64,000 bases of DNA from Alphaproteobacteria bacterium (GTDB lineage: Bacteria > Pseudomonadota > Alphaproteobacteria > JABAAW01 > JAHZMA01). The stretch spans positions 93,497-157,496 of the forward strand of contig CBDBHZ010000001.1 of assembly GCA_965205905.1 (NCBI GenBank). The letters are read 5' to 3'. Shown here in pieces: positions 18,851 to 28,765 of this stretch (positions are counted from its first letter, which is position 1; each line of letters starts with the position of its first letter). Both the position numbers and the translations under genes were made by a program. The notes under the pieces are model-generated. The model was not told where the DNA came from. It did no database searches and worked only from the letters and a program-made list of their open reading frames with translations.

Positions 18851-19942
18851 TTATTTACTTGCCTCGTCCGCCAATGCTTGTTCGATGATGCGGACGACTT
18901 CTTCGGCTTTTTCGATGTGGGCGGGAAAAGAGGCTTTTACAGAGTCATAATATAGTTGATCGCTATTATTTGTACTAATATAAATATCTTTTAAAATTCT
19001 AACTCTCTCCTCTGCTTTTTCAAGTGGAGTCCTATATGGAGGAGTGCCATCATAAGATGATTTGGCATGTAAATCCACTCCCAAATCAATGAGGAATTTT
19101 ATCAATTCATTGGAACGTTCCCAGTGAATCGTATTTATTAAAGGGGACTTGTGACTATCTGTTACAATATTTGAGTCAGCACCATTTGATATTAAAAATT
19201 TTGCGATTTCTAATGTGCCAACATAACTGAAAATTGTTTTACTCCATTTTGGATTTTTTGAATTAATAACAGCACCATTGTCCAAAAAAAACTGAATCAG
19301 TGGAATAATGTTATTATTGTGTGTGTTTGCTAACTCCATAAATAACGGGTTAACTGCGTAACCTGAGTAATAATCAAAATAGATTTCAGGGTGTTCCGTT
19401 ACTGCCTGCAACAAAATTTTATCGATGGTGGGTGAAAACTCAACTTTATAAAACCCGACAATATCATTCAGATAATATCTTATGTGATAATGTTTTACGT
19501 AAATATTATCTTTTTTGGTTCTAAAGAAATTTTTCTCTATTTCAATATTATTGGTATAGGTCAGTATTTCTTCTTGATGATGTATTAATTTAGCAAGGTC
19601 TTTTGGTTGAAATTGTTTTAATTCATCGATAATAGCACTCACATCATTTTCAGTAAAAGTATCAAGCAATTCTGAATTTTTTAAAGCCACATAATAACTA
19701 AATAATTTTAAGTCGGTGGTTGTTAATTCGCTGGGCAATGTTTCAATTTTCGAGAATCTTTTTCTGATAGCCAATTTTTGCTCATCGGTGAACCATTCTT
19801 CGGAAACAAGCGGCTTTTCGACAGAAGATTTTACTGTAGATGCTTGGCTAATATTATTTGTTGCTAACCAAGTCAACACCACACCCACCATAATAAATAT
19901 GGCAGGTATGATAATGCAAAGGCGGTAATTTTTTATATTCAT
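18851..19942 (-). CDS. Membrane-anchored ankyrin-repeat protein
   Basis: N-terminal TM helix; FFLDNGAVIN, FLISNGADSN, KSPL, FLIDLGVDLH and RTPLE repeats; AT-rich. Confidence 0.75.
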   Translation of the reverse strand: MNIKNYRLCIIIPAIFIMVGVVLTWLATNNISQASTVKSSVEKPLVSEEWFTDEQKLAIRKRFSKIETLPSELTTTDLKLFSYYVALKNSELLDTFTENDVSAIIDELKQFQPKDLAKLIHHQEEILTYTNNIEIEKNFFRTKKDNIYVKHYHIRYYLNDIVGFYKVEFSPTIDKILLQAVTEHPEIYFDYYSGYAVNPLFMELANTHNNNIIPLIQFFLDNGAVINSKNPKWSKTIFSYVGTLEIAKFLISNGADSNIVTDSHKSPLINTIHWERSNELIKFLIDLGVDLHAKSSYDGTPPYRTPLEKAEERVRILKDIYISTNNSDQLYYDSVKASFPAHIEKAEEVVRIIEQALADEASK

Positions 19943-20149
19943 TTTATTATTCTTTATTTGAATTTTTTATTAACTAAAAGTTGTTTGGCTTCAGTAATCT
20001 GGCGTTTTAATTGCAACAAATTACAATTATCCGTTTGATTGCTATTATGCTGAAGTTCACACGCAAGTTTAACAATATTTTCGAATGTTAGCAACATGGT
20101 ATAGTCACGACACGCACCGCACTTCACCCCAAACTATCAACAGTAATCC

Positions 20150-20178
20150 TTGACGTTTGATGATTATGTTTTTATACT
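20150..20178 (+). promoter_or_regulatory. sigma70 promoter for the ankyrin lipoprotein gene (probably leaderless)
   Basis: TTGACG-17 bp-TATACT, then 6 nt to the ATG at 20185; no Shine-Dalgarno. Confidence 0.6.
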
Positions 20179-20184
20179 AACAGA

Positions 20185-22671
20185 ATGATAAAAACAAACG
20201 CCCTACTTAAATCTATCTTGCTTGCTTTTGCCTTAATGGCAATAGTGGCGTGTGATAGTCATTCGAAGAAATTGACGATATCTGACACGCAATTGACGAC
20301 CGAGATAACACAAGATAATTTTGAAGAAAAGATGGACGAGGTTCGGTTGCATGGCGATGGTGCGAATGAAACCGATGAATTTAGCTTTACGCTATTGCAT
20401 CATGTGAGCATGCAGAAAGACCCTAAATCGGTGGAAAATATTGAAGAGCTTGTGCTCAGGAGCGCCGATATCAATGCACAGACTCAAGATGGTAACACCC
20501 CATTACATTTAGCAATTGCCAAAGGCTATACCAAAAATATACAAATATTACTTCAGAAAGGGGCTGATATCAATATCTTGAACAATGATAACAAATCCCC
20601 TGTAGATTTTGCAAAAGCACGAAAATATAAAAGCCTTTTTGATATTTTGGTTGGGGCGGATAAAAACCTTGATGCGGCGCGCGATGATTCTGGCAATAGA
20701 TTGGCACATGATATGAGCTTTGCAGGAAATGAAGAATTTTTACAAAAGCTCATTGCGATGGGCGCCAATATCAATATACCAAATAAGTACGATAACACGC
20801 CGTTACATTTTGCTATTATTACAGGGCATGAGCATATCATCAAGATTCTTCTGGATGCAGGTGCGGATATTGAAGCCAAAAATTATAACGGTATAACACC
20901 GTTGACTTGGTCACTCAGAGGAGGAGGTCCACTATCGGTTACTAAGCAATTGCTACAAGCAGGTGCAAACATTGAGGCAAGGGATAAGGATGATGAAACG
21001 GCATTGCATTGGGCAAGCTTTTTTGCAAAACCACATTTTATACAATTATTGCTTGAGATGGGTGCAGACATTGAAGCAAGAAACAATAAGGGCAATACCC
21101 CGTTACATATTGCGAGTATGGATGAAGAGGCTGTGATGGCTGTTAAGGTTTTGCTTGCGGCAGGGGCAAACATTGAAGCAAAGAATAACAATGATAAAAC
21201 ACCGTTATATCTGGCAACTACAGCAGGGTTAGGCGATATTGTTGACGTGTTAATTGCGGCAAATGCAGAACGGATAGATGCCAATGTAGCAGATGAATAT
21301 GGAAACACGCCATTATATAATGCCGTAAGAGATGGAGATTATGCAAGGGTTGCCGAACTGATTAAGGCAGGCGCAGAGGTGAACATAAACATATCCAATG
21401 ACGAGACAACGGCAACCCCTTTAAATTGGGCGTTAACGAGGCAACATGATGCGCTTGTTGACGCAATGATTGATGCGGGAGCATATATTAACGGTGCAAT
21501 AAAAGGTTATAATGGCGCAACATTATTGCATCTGGCGATTGAGAATGACGATGTGGCGCGGGTTAAAAAACTGCTTGCCGCGGGTGCTGATACTGAGGCT
21601 AGAACTTCTTTTGATAATGAGACGATGCTACATAAAGCAAGCAAGCAAGGAAATGCTGAAATTGTTACCATGTTGCTTGATATGGAAGCAAAACTTGAAC
21701 TAAAAACCAAATATGGGCGTACGGCATTGGCAATTGCCATGCATCGTAATCATACCAATATTGTTAAAATATTGCTTGATGCTGGGGCGCGTATAAATTT
21801 TAGGGTAGATGGTAACGGCAACACGCCACTACATTGGGCAAGCGTGCAACAGGATGCAGAAATTTTACAAAAGGTGCTTGATGCGAAGCCACCGCTTAAT
21901 AGTCAAGATAGAAAATACGGTTTTACGCCTTTACACAGGGCAAGCGCAATCGGTTATATACAAAATGTAAGCATGTTAGTTGATGCGGGTGCGGATATTA
22001 CCATCAAAGATACAACTGGTAAGCGAGCCGTAAATTATGCACAATATTTAGCCATTGTCGATTATTTAAGAGCGCCTTCAGCTTCATCAACAATACAGAA
22101 AAAAACAATTTCAAGGCAACAATCTAACGGTGATTTGAATGAAAAATTAATGGATGCGCTACAAGTAGAAACCCTTGATGCTATTGCGCTGGTAAAAAAA
22201 CACCTCAGCTTAGGGGCTGAATTTGATACCTATATTGCGCTGAGACATTCATTGCAGGACGCTTATCAAGCGGCTGATGATTGGACGGATGGCACGGAAG
22301 CAACCATTGATGAAAAAGACCGTGCTGATGATATCCAGCAACCTAGGAGTAGCAGAAGCCCTTATCAAGACAATGATGATTATTCTTATAGTGCCTATTA
22401 CCGCACTCCCGTTACTTATTGGTTAGAAGAACTTATTGCGCGTGGCTATCCTGCATCGATGCTAGATGTGCACCGCTTATTATATCCACGCTATATGAAA
22501 AACGCAGGAATCGAAGATATAAAAGCACTGCTAGCACAGCCTGAAGATAACGGGCAAGCTACTGATATCAATATGCGTGACGCCATGGGCAGGACGCCTC
22601 TATATATCGCAGATATTCAAGGCAATCAAGCCATATTTGATTATCTGAAACAAAATGGCGCGGATTACTAA
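20185..22671 (+). CDS. Ankyrin-repeat lipoprotein (roughly 15 or more repeats)
   Basis: Lipobox AIVA-C; many G.TPLH.A...LL.AGADI repeats. Confidence 0.92.
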   Translation: MIKTNALLKSILLAFALMAIVACDSHSKKLTISDTQLTTEITQDNFEEKMDEVRLHGDGANETDEFSFTLLHHVSMQKDPKSVENIEELVLRSADINAQTQDGNTPLHLAIAKGYTKNIQILLQKGADINILNNDNKSPVDFAKARKYKSLFDILVGADKNLDAARDDSGNRLAHDMSFAGNEEFLQKLIAMGANINIPNKYDNTPLHFAIITGHEHIIKILLDAGADIEAKNYNGITPLTWSLRGGGPLSVTKQLLQAGANIEARDKDDETALHWASFFAKPHFIQLLLEMGADIEARNNKGNTPLHIASMDEEAVMAVKVLLAAGANIEAKNNNDKTPLYLATTAGLGDIVDVLIAANAERIDANVADEYGNTPLYNAVRDGDYARVAELIKAGAEVNINISNDETTATPLNWALTRQHDALVDAMIDAGAYINGAIKGYNGATLLHLAIENDDVARVKKLLAAGADTEARTSFDNETMLHKASKQGNAEIVTMLLDMEAKLELKTKYGRTALAIAMHRNHTNIVKILLDAGARINFRVDGNGNTPLHWASVQQDAEILQKVLDAKPPLNSQDRKYGFTPLHRASAIGYIQNVSMLVDAGADITIKDTTGKRAVNYAQYLAIVDYLRAPSASSTIQKKTISRQQSNGDLNEKLMDALQVETLDAIALVKKHLSLGAEFDTYIALRHSLQDAYQAADDWTDGTEATIDEKDRADDIQQPRSSRSPYQDNDDYSYSAYYRTPVTYWLEELIARGYPASMLDVHRLLYPRYMKNAGIEDIKALLAQPEDNGQATDINMRDAMGRTPLYIADIQGNQAIFDYLKQNGADY

Positions 22672-22752
22672 CGGTAACTTCGGCAAGCTCACCGCATATT
22701 TCTGCTAGAATTATGGTAGAACAATAATTCGCTAGTTGGGAGTGCGGACTCA

Positions 22753-23017
22753 TTAATATATGGGGGGGCTTTGCGGAGTTGGTTTTATGTATCAAGGGGG
22801 GTGCGGACTGGCTTCTCGATGCGCGCTTGTCAAATTTTTGTCCGTTGGACAATTTGCCAAGCAGACGCCTCTTGCCAGTTTCGGTTTGCCCTTGTTACCA
22901 ATGGCGGGCAAACCTCACCCTTAAAATCCCCCCGCTGTATTTCAATACTGGCGGAGGAGTGCGTTGCAGTTACTCAATACGAGGGCGGTGCGTGTCGAGG
23001 GTTACAATTCTAGCGGA
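22753..23017 (-). repeat. Modular repeat array R2 with long hairpin core (about 22790-22924)
   Basis: Reverse complement nearly identical to 47752-47886; same orientation and near-identical to 57550-57685. Confidence 0.9.
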
Positions 23018-23024
23018 TTAATGC

Positions 23025-24116
23025 TTACCGATTAAACTTTGTCTTATTCACCAACAAAAACGCTTGTTTGCGCTTGTTATAAATATCGGAGAGTGGCGCG
23101 GTGTCGCGTTTGAAACTATCCCAATTCTCCACCATATCAGCCAAATCACTCGGCGCATCACCCCCCGCATCGCTCGCCAAACGCGCCCCATCACTGGCAG
23201 GATATTCAAAATTCTGCATCGCATATTGTTGCTGAATCTTATCACTCAACATAAATTCTATCAGCTTTTCAGCATTTGCAACATGAGGCGCGTGCTTTAA
23301 TAGCGCAACACCGCTGATATTCATATGCGTGCCAGTGCTATCATCAGTGCCATCACCCGCCTGATTCGGAAACACCAGATTCACCTTATCCGCGGCTTTG
23401 CGCTGGTCGTCATTAGCCATCATCAGCCCGTAATAATAGCTGTTGCCGATGGCAATATCGCATATACCATTGGCAATGGCGGTGATTTGCGCACGGTCGT
23501 TGCCTTGCGGGGTGCGCGCCAGATTCTGCTTCACATCAAGCAACCATTGCTCGGTTTTATCAGCACCCCAATGATGAATAAATGACGCAAACAGCCCTAA
23601 ATTATAGTCATGCGTGCCACTGCGCGTGCAGATTTTACCGCGCCATTTCGGGTCAGCCAAATCCTGATAATCCTGAATCGCACCTGTTGGCACACGCGTT
23701 TTAGAGACATAGATAAGCCTTGCGCGTTGCGTTAGTGCCAGCCAATGCCGGTTTTTATCACGCAAATAAGCGGGCAAACGTTGAATATTTAAGCCGTCAA
23801 TATCTATCTGTTGCGTGATACTTTCATTTACCGCATCTTCAAGGCGGGCATAATCGCTGGTGAGCAAAATATCGGCAGGGCTGCCTTTGCCTTCGGCTTT
23901 AATGCGCGCCACCAAACCCTTGCTGGCACTGATAAGATTAACCTTAATGCCTGTTTCTTTGGTAAATTCTTCAAACAAAGGCGCAACCAAAAAGCTTTGC
24001 CGAAATGAGTAAATATTCACCTCTTGCTGTTTGTTTTGGGCGTGAGATAATGGCGTGAAAGTCAGTAATAGCAACAATGCCAGAAAGTGATAGCGAAAAT
24101 GGCGGTAAAAAATCAT
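23025..24116 (-). CDS. Fe(III) ABC transporter substrate-binding protein (FutA/FbpA-like)
   Basis: VNIYSFRQ, EG..SPAD, RSGTH.YN, NSYYYG and G.HMNISG; start placed at MIFY after an AAGGA RBS. Confidence 0.88.
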   Translation of the reverse strand: MIFYRHFRYHFLALLLLLTFTPLSHAQNKQQEVNIYSFRQSFLVAPLFEEFTKETGIKVNLISASKGLVARIKAEGKGSPADILLTSDYARLEDAVNESITQQIDIDGLNIQRLPAYLRDKNRHWLALTQRARLIYVSKTRVPTGAIQDYQDLADPKWRGKICTRSGTHDYNLGLFASFIHHWGADKTEQWLLDVKQNLARTPQGNDRAQITAIANGICDIAIGNSYYYGLMMANDDQRKAADKVNLVFPNQAGDGTDDSTGTHMNISGVALLKHAPHVANAEKLIEFMLSDKIQQQYAMQNFEYPASDGARLASDAGGDAPSDLADMVENWDSFKRDTAPLSDIYNKRKQAFLLVNKTKFNR

Positions 24117-24140
24117 GGCGCATGTTTCCTTAAATAAAGT

Positions 24141-24159
24141 GCAAATGATAATTATTCTT
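24141..24159. promoter_or_regulatory. Fur-box-like site upstream of the iron-binding protein gene
   Basis: GCAAATGATAATTATTCTT matches the classic GATAATGATAATCATTATC at 14/19 positions. Confidence 0.55.
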
Positions 24160-24334
24160 AACCAGCGATGCAAGATAAATTTTAACAATAATGCCCAATA
24201 ATATTTTGGTAATAATATTTTGGAATAATGTTTGATTATTGTTGTCATATATTATATTATGCCTCAAAATTATGGGCTTCCGATAGGCGGAATGGCTTGT
24301 AAAAAATTAATACCTTATTGATGAAAAAACTATT

Positions 24335-25042
24335 GTGAAAAAATTACTATTATTGATTGCCTTAACCCTGATGCCACTCACAAATTTGCACGCGCAAATC
24401 GGGCAATATCGGGGTGTGCCGCCCGAACAAACAACTCACACCTATATTGGCTTTGTTACGGGGTTCTTGCCGTTTATTGATACCACATCTAATGATAATA
24501 TTGTGTTAGAGAATAATAGCGCGCTCGGCTTGCTATGGGGGTATCAATCAAATGATTATCTGGCGGTAGAGCTTATGCAGAAAAATGTTGTTGTATCGAA
24601 TATCGTGTTTCAAGCACCCGCCGATGGAGAAAATCGTTTTTTTGAGGGCAGGGGCAAGCTGGATATGCGGTCGCTTAATTTCAACTATTTCATTAAAGAC
24701 CTCTCTAAGGGTGAAGAGCCGAAGGGAACGCGCAAATTGGTTTTTACCTATGGTATCGGGCAATATCAGGGCTTGTATCATGGTGAAGGTAGGATTAACA
24801 AACGTGGCCCTTATAAAGAGACGCATGGTGATAGAGGCTATTTCAACCGCTTTGCATTAGGGGTGCAAACACAAGTGAAAGAGGTGGTAAAGCGCGGTGG
24901 TGCTAAATCATATCTTAATTTGCGTATTAATTATTATCGTGAGGAAGTAACAAGTGCGGGCTTTCATGACCCCACATTATTCAATACTGGCTTGGTTAGC
25001 ACAATATCGGGCGTAGAATTTATGGTGTTGTCTAGCTTTTGA
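24335..25042 (+). CDS. Putative outer-membrane beta-barrel protein
   Basis: Signal peptide (..LHA-Q), alternating beta-strand pattern, GYQ.NDYLAVEL, C-terminal Phe. Confidence 0.55.
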   Translation: MKKLLLLIALTLMPLTNLHAQIGQYRGVPPEQTTHTYIGFVTGFLPFIDTTSNDNIVLENNSALGLLWGYQSNDYLAVELMQKNVVVSNIVFQAPADGENRFFEGRGKLDMRSLNFNYFIKDLSKGEEPKGTRKLVFTYGIGQYQGLYHGEGRINKRGPYKETHGDRGYFNRFALGVQTQVKEVVKRGGAKSYLNLRINYYREEVTSAGFHDPTLFNTGLVSTISGVEFMVLSSF

Positions 25043-25619
25043 TTTCTGCTTGTTGCAAAGCGATTTTACAATCCGCGCCATAGGCATATTGTGTCTTCGC
25101 GCCATTGCTACGCGCATTCTTATGAATGATTCGATGGCAGGGCAGAAATAACGCTATCGGGTTGCGTGCCACAATATGAGTGCCAACCGCCCTTGAATGA
25201 CTGTTAAAATTATCAGCTAACGCGCTATAGCTAATATCGCATTTACCGAATGGAATCTCAGCCATGCACTGCCACCCTCGATGCTGATATGGGGTGCCGA
25301 CCAATGAAAGAGGCGGTATTATCGCGCCTTTACTGGTGAAAAATTGCTGAATATCGTGGTTAATATCGCGCATTATTGTTGGTGATTTTTGAAGCATTTT
25401 GCCCGCATTAAAAACCTGTAAATTAGCATTTTGCATATGCCCTAGCAATGCTTGTTCATCAAGAATGTTGCCGTCTCTATCCGCACCGAAACCCAACGCA
25501 CATATTCTGCCATCAAACATGGCATAAAGCACCAGCCCATAATCGGTTTGCGCGCTATCATAAGTAATGATACCCTCGCGCCTCTTGAAATCCTGTTTCG
25601 TTATAGTGTCAATATCCAT
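25032..25619 (-). CDS. ogt: Methylated-DNA-protein-cysteine methyltransferase
   Basis: GTPYQ..W...IPFG..SY, RAVG and NP...PCHRI active site. Confidence 0.88.
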   Translation of the reverse strand: MDIDTITKQDFKRREGIITYDSAQTDYGLVLYAMFDGRICALGFGADRDGNILDEQALLGHMQNANLQVFNAGKMLQKSPTIMRDINHDIQQFFTSKGAIIPPLSLVGTPYQHRGWQCMAEIPFGKCDISYSALADNFNSHSRAVGTHIVARNPIALFLPCHRIIHKNARSNGAKTQYAYGADCKIALQQAEIKS

Positions 25620-25622
25620 TTA

Positions 25623-26528
25623 CTATCTCCAATGTAAACGGGCGGCATAATCAATCAGCATATCTTTCAGCTTGCGTTCAAACTTCCGCAATTTACGGTC
25701 TTTCAACCAGCCCATGCGCGTTTCAAAATACGGGAAATCATCCGCCATAGATAAAGCACTCAAACCTCTCGCCCCCAATTCCTCACGCGCCATGCCACAT
25801 AAAATCCCCACCCCAAAACCGCTTTTGATATATTCAATCAGCACATCGGAATCAGCGGCTGAAAAAATCGGCTGAAACTGTAAATTATGAGCGGTAAAAT
25901 GCTGTGCCAATCCGCGCCTGCCGGTAATGCCCTCAATATAAGTGAGCAGTGGATAGTGTTGTAAATCCGCTAGTGTAACGGCATCAAGCGCGTTTAGCGG
26001 ATGGGTTGTTGGCAAGCCCAGAATATGCCGCCAGCGATACAGGCTAACATGGCTGATGGCTTTATCGCTACTTAAACTTTCGGTGCAGATGATAAAATCC
26101 ACCTCGTTACGATGCAGTAGATTCAGCAATTCGGTGGGGCGTCCCTGATGAAAATTCAACCGCACTTTCGGATATTCTTTGCTAAATTGCTTCAGCGGTT
26201 CGGGCAGAAAATAGCGCGCTTGGGCATGGGTGGTGGCAATGCTTAATGTGCCGCTATCTTCGGCATGGTAATCGGCAGAAAGCGCGTTGATATTATGCTC
26301 CGCCTGCAGCATCGTATCTATCTGGCTTAGAATCTGTTGCCCGAATGGTGTTAGCCCATCAAGGCGTTTGCCGTTGCGGTAAAAAATGCTCTGCTTTAAC
26401 TCGGCTTCAATCTGTTGCAACCGCCTGCTTAATGCCGATTGCGCGGTATGTAATTGCTGGGCTGCGTGCGAGATATTCCCGCCATTTTCAGCCAGTAATT
26501 TGATGAGCTTAATTTGTAATAGGTTCAA
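25623..26528 (-). CDS. LysR regulator of the CysB/Cbl subfamily
   Basis: HTH NISHAAQQLHTAQSALSR; R.GKRL..LT and LSIATTHAQARY.LP (CysB-like); probable TTG start (MNLLQ). Confidence 0.8.
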   Translation of the reverse strand: MNLLQIKLIKLLAENGGNISHAAQQLHTAQSALSRRLQQIEAELKQSIFYRNGKRLDGLTPFGQQILSQIDTMLQAEHNINALSADYHAEDSGTLSIATTHAQARYFLPEPLKQFSKEYPKVRLNFHQGRPTELLNLLHRNEVDFIICTESLSSDKAISHVSLYRWRHILGLPTTHPLNALDAVTLADLQHYPLLTYIEGITGRRGLAQHFTAHNLQFQPIFSAADSDVLIEYIKSGFGVGILCGMAREELGARGLSALSMADDFPYFETRMGWLKDRKLRKFERKLKDMLIDYAARLHWR

Positions 26529-26538
26529 GTTGTTTGCC

Positions 26539-27393
26539 TCATTCCTGACACTCCCCACAATAGAAACTTGCGCGGTTTTGTTGAATCAGCTTAACAATAA
26601 CGCCTTTATGGCAATTTTTGCAGATGGTATCAGCCTGCCCATAAGCATTCCATTGATGCTGAAAATAACCCAAACTTCCCTCAGGCGCAGTGAAATCCGA
26701 AAAGCTAGACCCGCCCGCTTTAATCGCTTCGGTTAGCACTTTTATCACCGCATCGGTAAGTAACTGCCATTGTTTTTTGGTAAGACTATTCGCGCTTCGT
26801 TGCGGATTAATATGTGCGTGCCATAATGCCTCGCTACAATAGATATTGCCCATGCCCGCAATATTTTCCTGCGCCATCAAAAACGCTTTGATAGTGCCGT
26901 TACGATTTTTAGCGCGTTCCATTAATATAGCGGCATCAATCTTATCCGCTATCGGGTCGCGCCCTAATTTCTGTAAAAAGCGATTATCATCCGCCTTATC
27001 GGCATCAAACAAATCCATAAAGCCAAAACGGCGGGGGTCGTGATAGCATAGATATAGCGCTTGCTTATCAGCATTCCTGAAAGTAACAAACAAATGACCA
27101 TGCTTTTCGGGGAAATCATTATTGGTATGCTTCAAAATTAGTTTGCCCGACATGCCAAAATGAATCAGCCATATCAACCTATCATCAAGGGTGAGCAACA
27201 AATATTTGCCATGCCGTTTATAGTCGGTAATATGGCAATTTGTGATGCGTTTGATGAAATCAATGGGAAAGGGGAAACGTAAATCTGCCCGTGTGATGTT
27301 GCTTGATTCGATGCAAGGTGCGTTATAATTACCGCCGCCTAAAAAGCTTTTAAGCCCTCGCCTGATGGTTTCAACTTCGGGTAATTCGGGCAA
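26539..27393 (-). CDS. mutM: Formamidopyrimidine-DNA glycosylase
   Basis: MPELPEVET, HFGMSG, DPRRFG, GNIY and C-terminal zinc finger. Confidence 0.97.
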   Translation of the reverse strand: MPELPEVETIRRGLKSFLGGGNYNAPCIESSNITRADLRFPFPIDFIKRITNCHITDYKRHGKYLLLTLDDRLIWLIHFGMSGKLILKHTNNDFPEKHGHLFVTFRNADKQALYLCYHDPRRFGFMDLFDADKADDNRFLQKLGRDPIADKIDAAILMERAKNRNGTIKAFLMAQENIAGMGNIYCSEALWHAHINPQRSANSLTKKQWQLLTDAVIKVLTEAIKAGGSSFSDFTAPEGSLGYFQHQWNAYGQADTICKNCHKGVIVKLIQQNRASFYCGECQE

Positions 27394-27405
27394 TCTTTAT
27401 CGCCT

Positions 27406-27648
27406 TTACAAGCCCAATGCTTCGCGATAGAGCGCGATAATTTCATCGGTCTGTGCCAAATCGCTCTTATCCATTTTGCGTAATTTAACGATTTGCCGTA
27501 AGATTTTCACCTCAAAACCCATACCGCGTGCTTCGGAATATACTGTGCTAATATCTTCGGCAATGGATTGCTTCTCTTCTTCTAACCGTTCAACGCGTTC
27601 AACAATTCCTTGCAATTTTTCAGGCATAAAGGGGCGTGCTTCAATCAT
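27406..27648 (-). CDS. gapR: GapR/DUF2312 (UPF0335) nucleoid-associated protein
   Basis: VERVERLEEEK..I..DI..VYSEA..GFEVK.LRQIVKLRK. Confidence 0.88.
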   Translation of the reverse strand: MIEARPFMPEKLQGIVERVERLEEEKQSIAEDISTVYSEARGMGFEVKILRQIVKLRKMDKSDLAQTDEIIALYREALGL

Positions 27649-27838
27649 TTTATCCTCCGTTATAATGATTCGCTATTAGTAACATATCAACATTATTATT
27701 GGCAAGTGCTATCATGTTTATTTAAGAATTGCACATTGTTATTATATGGGTTATAACATGGTTTATGATAGATTCATACGCGACTAATGGGCGTAAAATC
27801 GGGGCGGGATTGATATAAATTTCTTTTTGGGTCGATAA

Positions 27839-28765
27839 TTGCACAACATTATGATTGCTGATTTTCCACATCAACCAGTTATGCTAACAAATGTGTTAGA
27901 ATTTTTGCCTGTTGGTGAAAATTTACAAGTGATGGATGCCACCTATGGTGATGGGCATTACAGCAAGGCTTTGTTGCAAACAGGCGCGACTGTGTATGCG
28001 TTCGATAAAGACCCTGAAGCCATTGAAAAGGCGCAAGATTCGCAAAAGCAACATTCACCGAAATTAAACCTATTCCATGCTGATTTTGCTGATTGCGTAT
28101 CCCATCTGCATGAGGTGGGTTGCACGGAGTTAGATGCGATGATTTTTGATTTAGGCGTTTCATCACGCCAGCTTGATGATGCGGAGCGGGGCTTTTCGTT
28201 TCGCCATGATGGCGCGTTAGATATGCGAATGGCAAAAGAGGGCAAAACGGCAGCTGATATTGTCAATGGCTACGATATGGGCGATTTGGCGCGGTTATTC
28301 TCGCGTGGGGGTGAGCAAAAATTCGCGCGTCTGCTTGCCAAAACTATTATTAGAAAACGCGAGGAAGCCGTGATTGACCGCACCAAACAGCTTGCGGATA
28401 TTATCAGTGCTGTGATTCCCCGTCATTTGCAAAAACGCGAGATTCACCCTGCGACTTTGGCATTTCAAGCGATTCGAATTGAGGTGAATCAGGAATTTGC
28501 GGCGATTGATAATGCGCTGAAAGCCGCTGATACTCTGTTACGCAAAGGCGGTAGGCTGATAGTGGTGAGTTTTCATTCGCTAGAAGATAGAATTATCATG
28601 AAGCATTTTAGGCGCGAACAAGGGGTATCGCGGTATCTGCCAGAACGTGATGCCGAGAATGATTATCGGATGTTGACCAGAAAAGCCATCACCCCAAGCG
28701 ATGATGAAATACGAAAAAATCCACGGGCGCGTTCGGCAAAAATGCGGGTGGCAGAAAAATGTTAA
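27839..28765 (+). CDS. rsmH: 16S rRNA m4C1402 methyltransferase
   Basis: HQPVML, DLGVSS.QLD..RGFSF, FHSLEDR and NPRARSAK. Confidence 0.96.
   Translation: MHNIMIADFPHQPVMLTNVLEFLPVGENLQVMDATYGDGHYSKALLQTGATVYAFDKDPEAIEKAQDSQKQHSPKLNLFHADFADCVSHLHEVGCTELDAMIFDLGVSSRQLDDAERGFSFRHDGALDMRMAKEGKTAADIVNGYDMGDLARLFSRGGEQKFARLLAKTIIRKREEAVIDRTKQLADIISAVIPRHLQKREIHPATLAFQAIRIEVNQEFAAIDNALKAADTLLRKGGRLIVVSFHSLEDRIIMKHFRREQGVSRYLPERDAENDYRMLTRKAITPSDDEIRKNPRARSAKMRVAEKC

Noticed and set aside
24117-24248. Long N-terminal extension of the Fe-binding protein in the ORF track (likewise ispB, HEPN, choV, tctB)
   Set aside because: Better starts with an RBS or gene overlap lie downstream; this extension overlaps the Fur-like box and promoter region.
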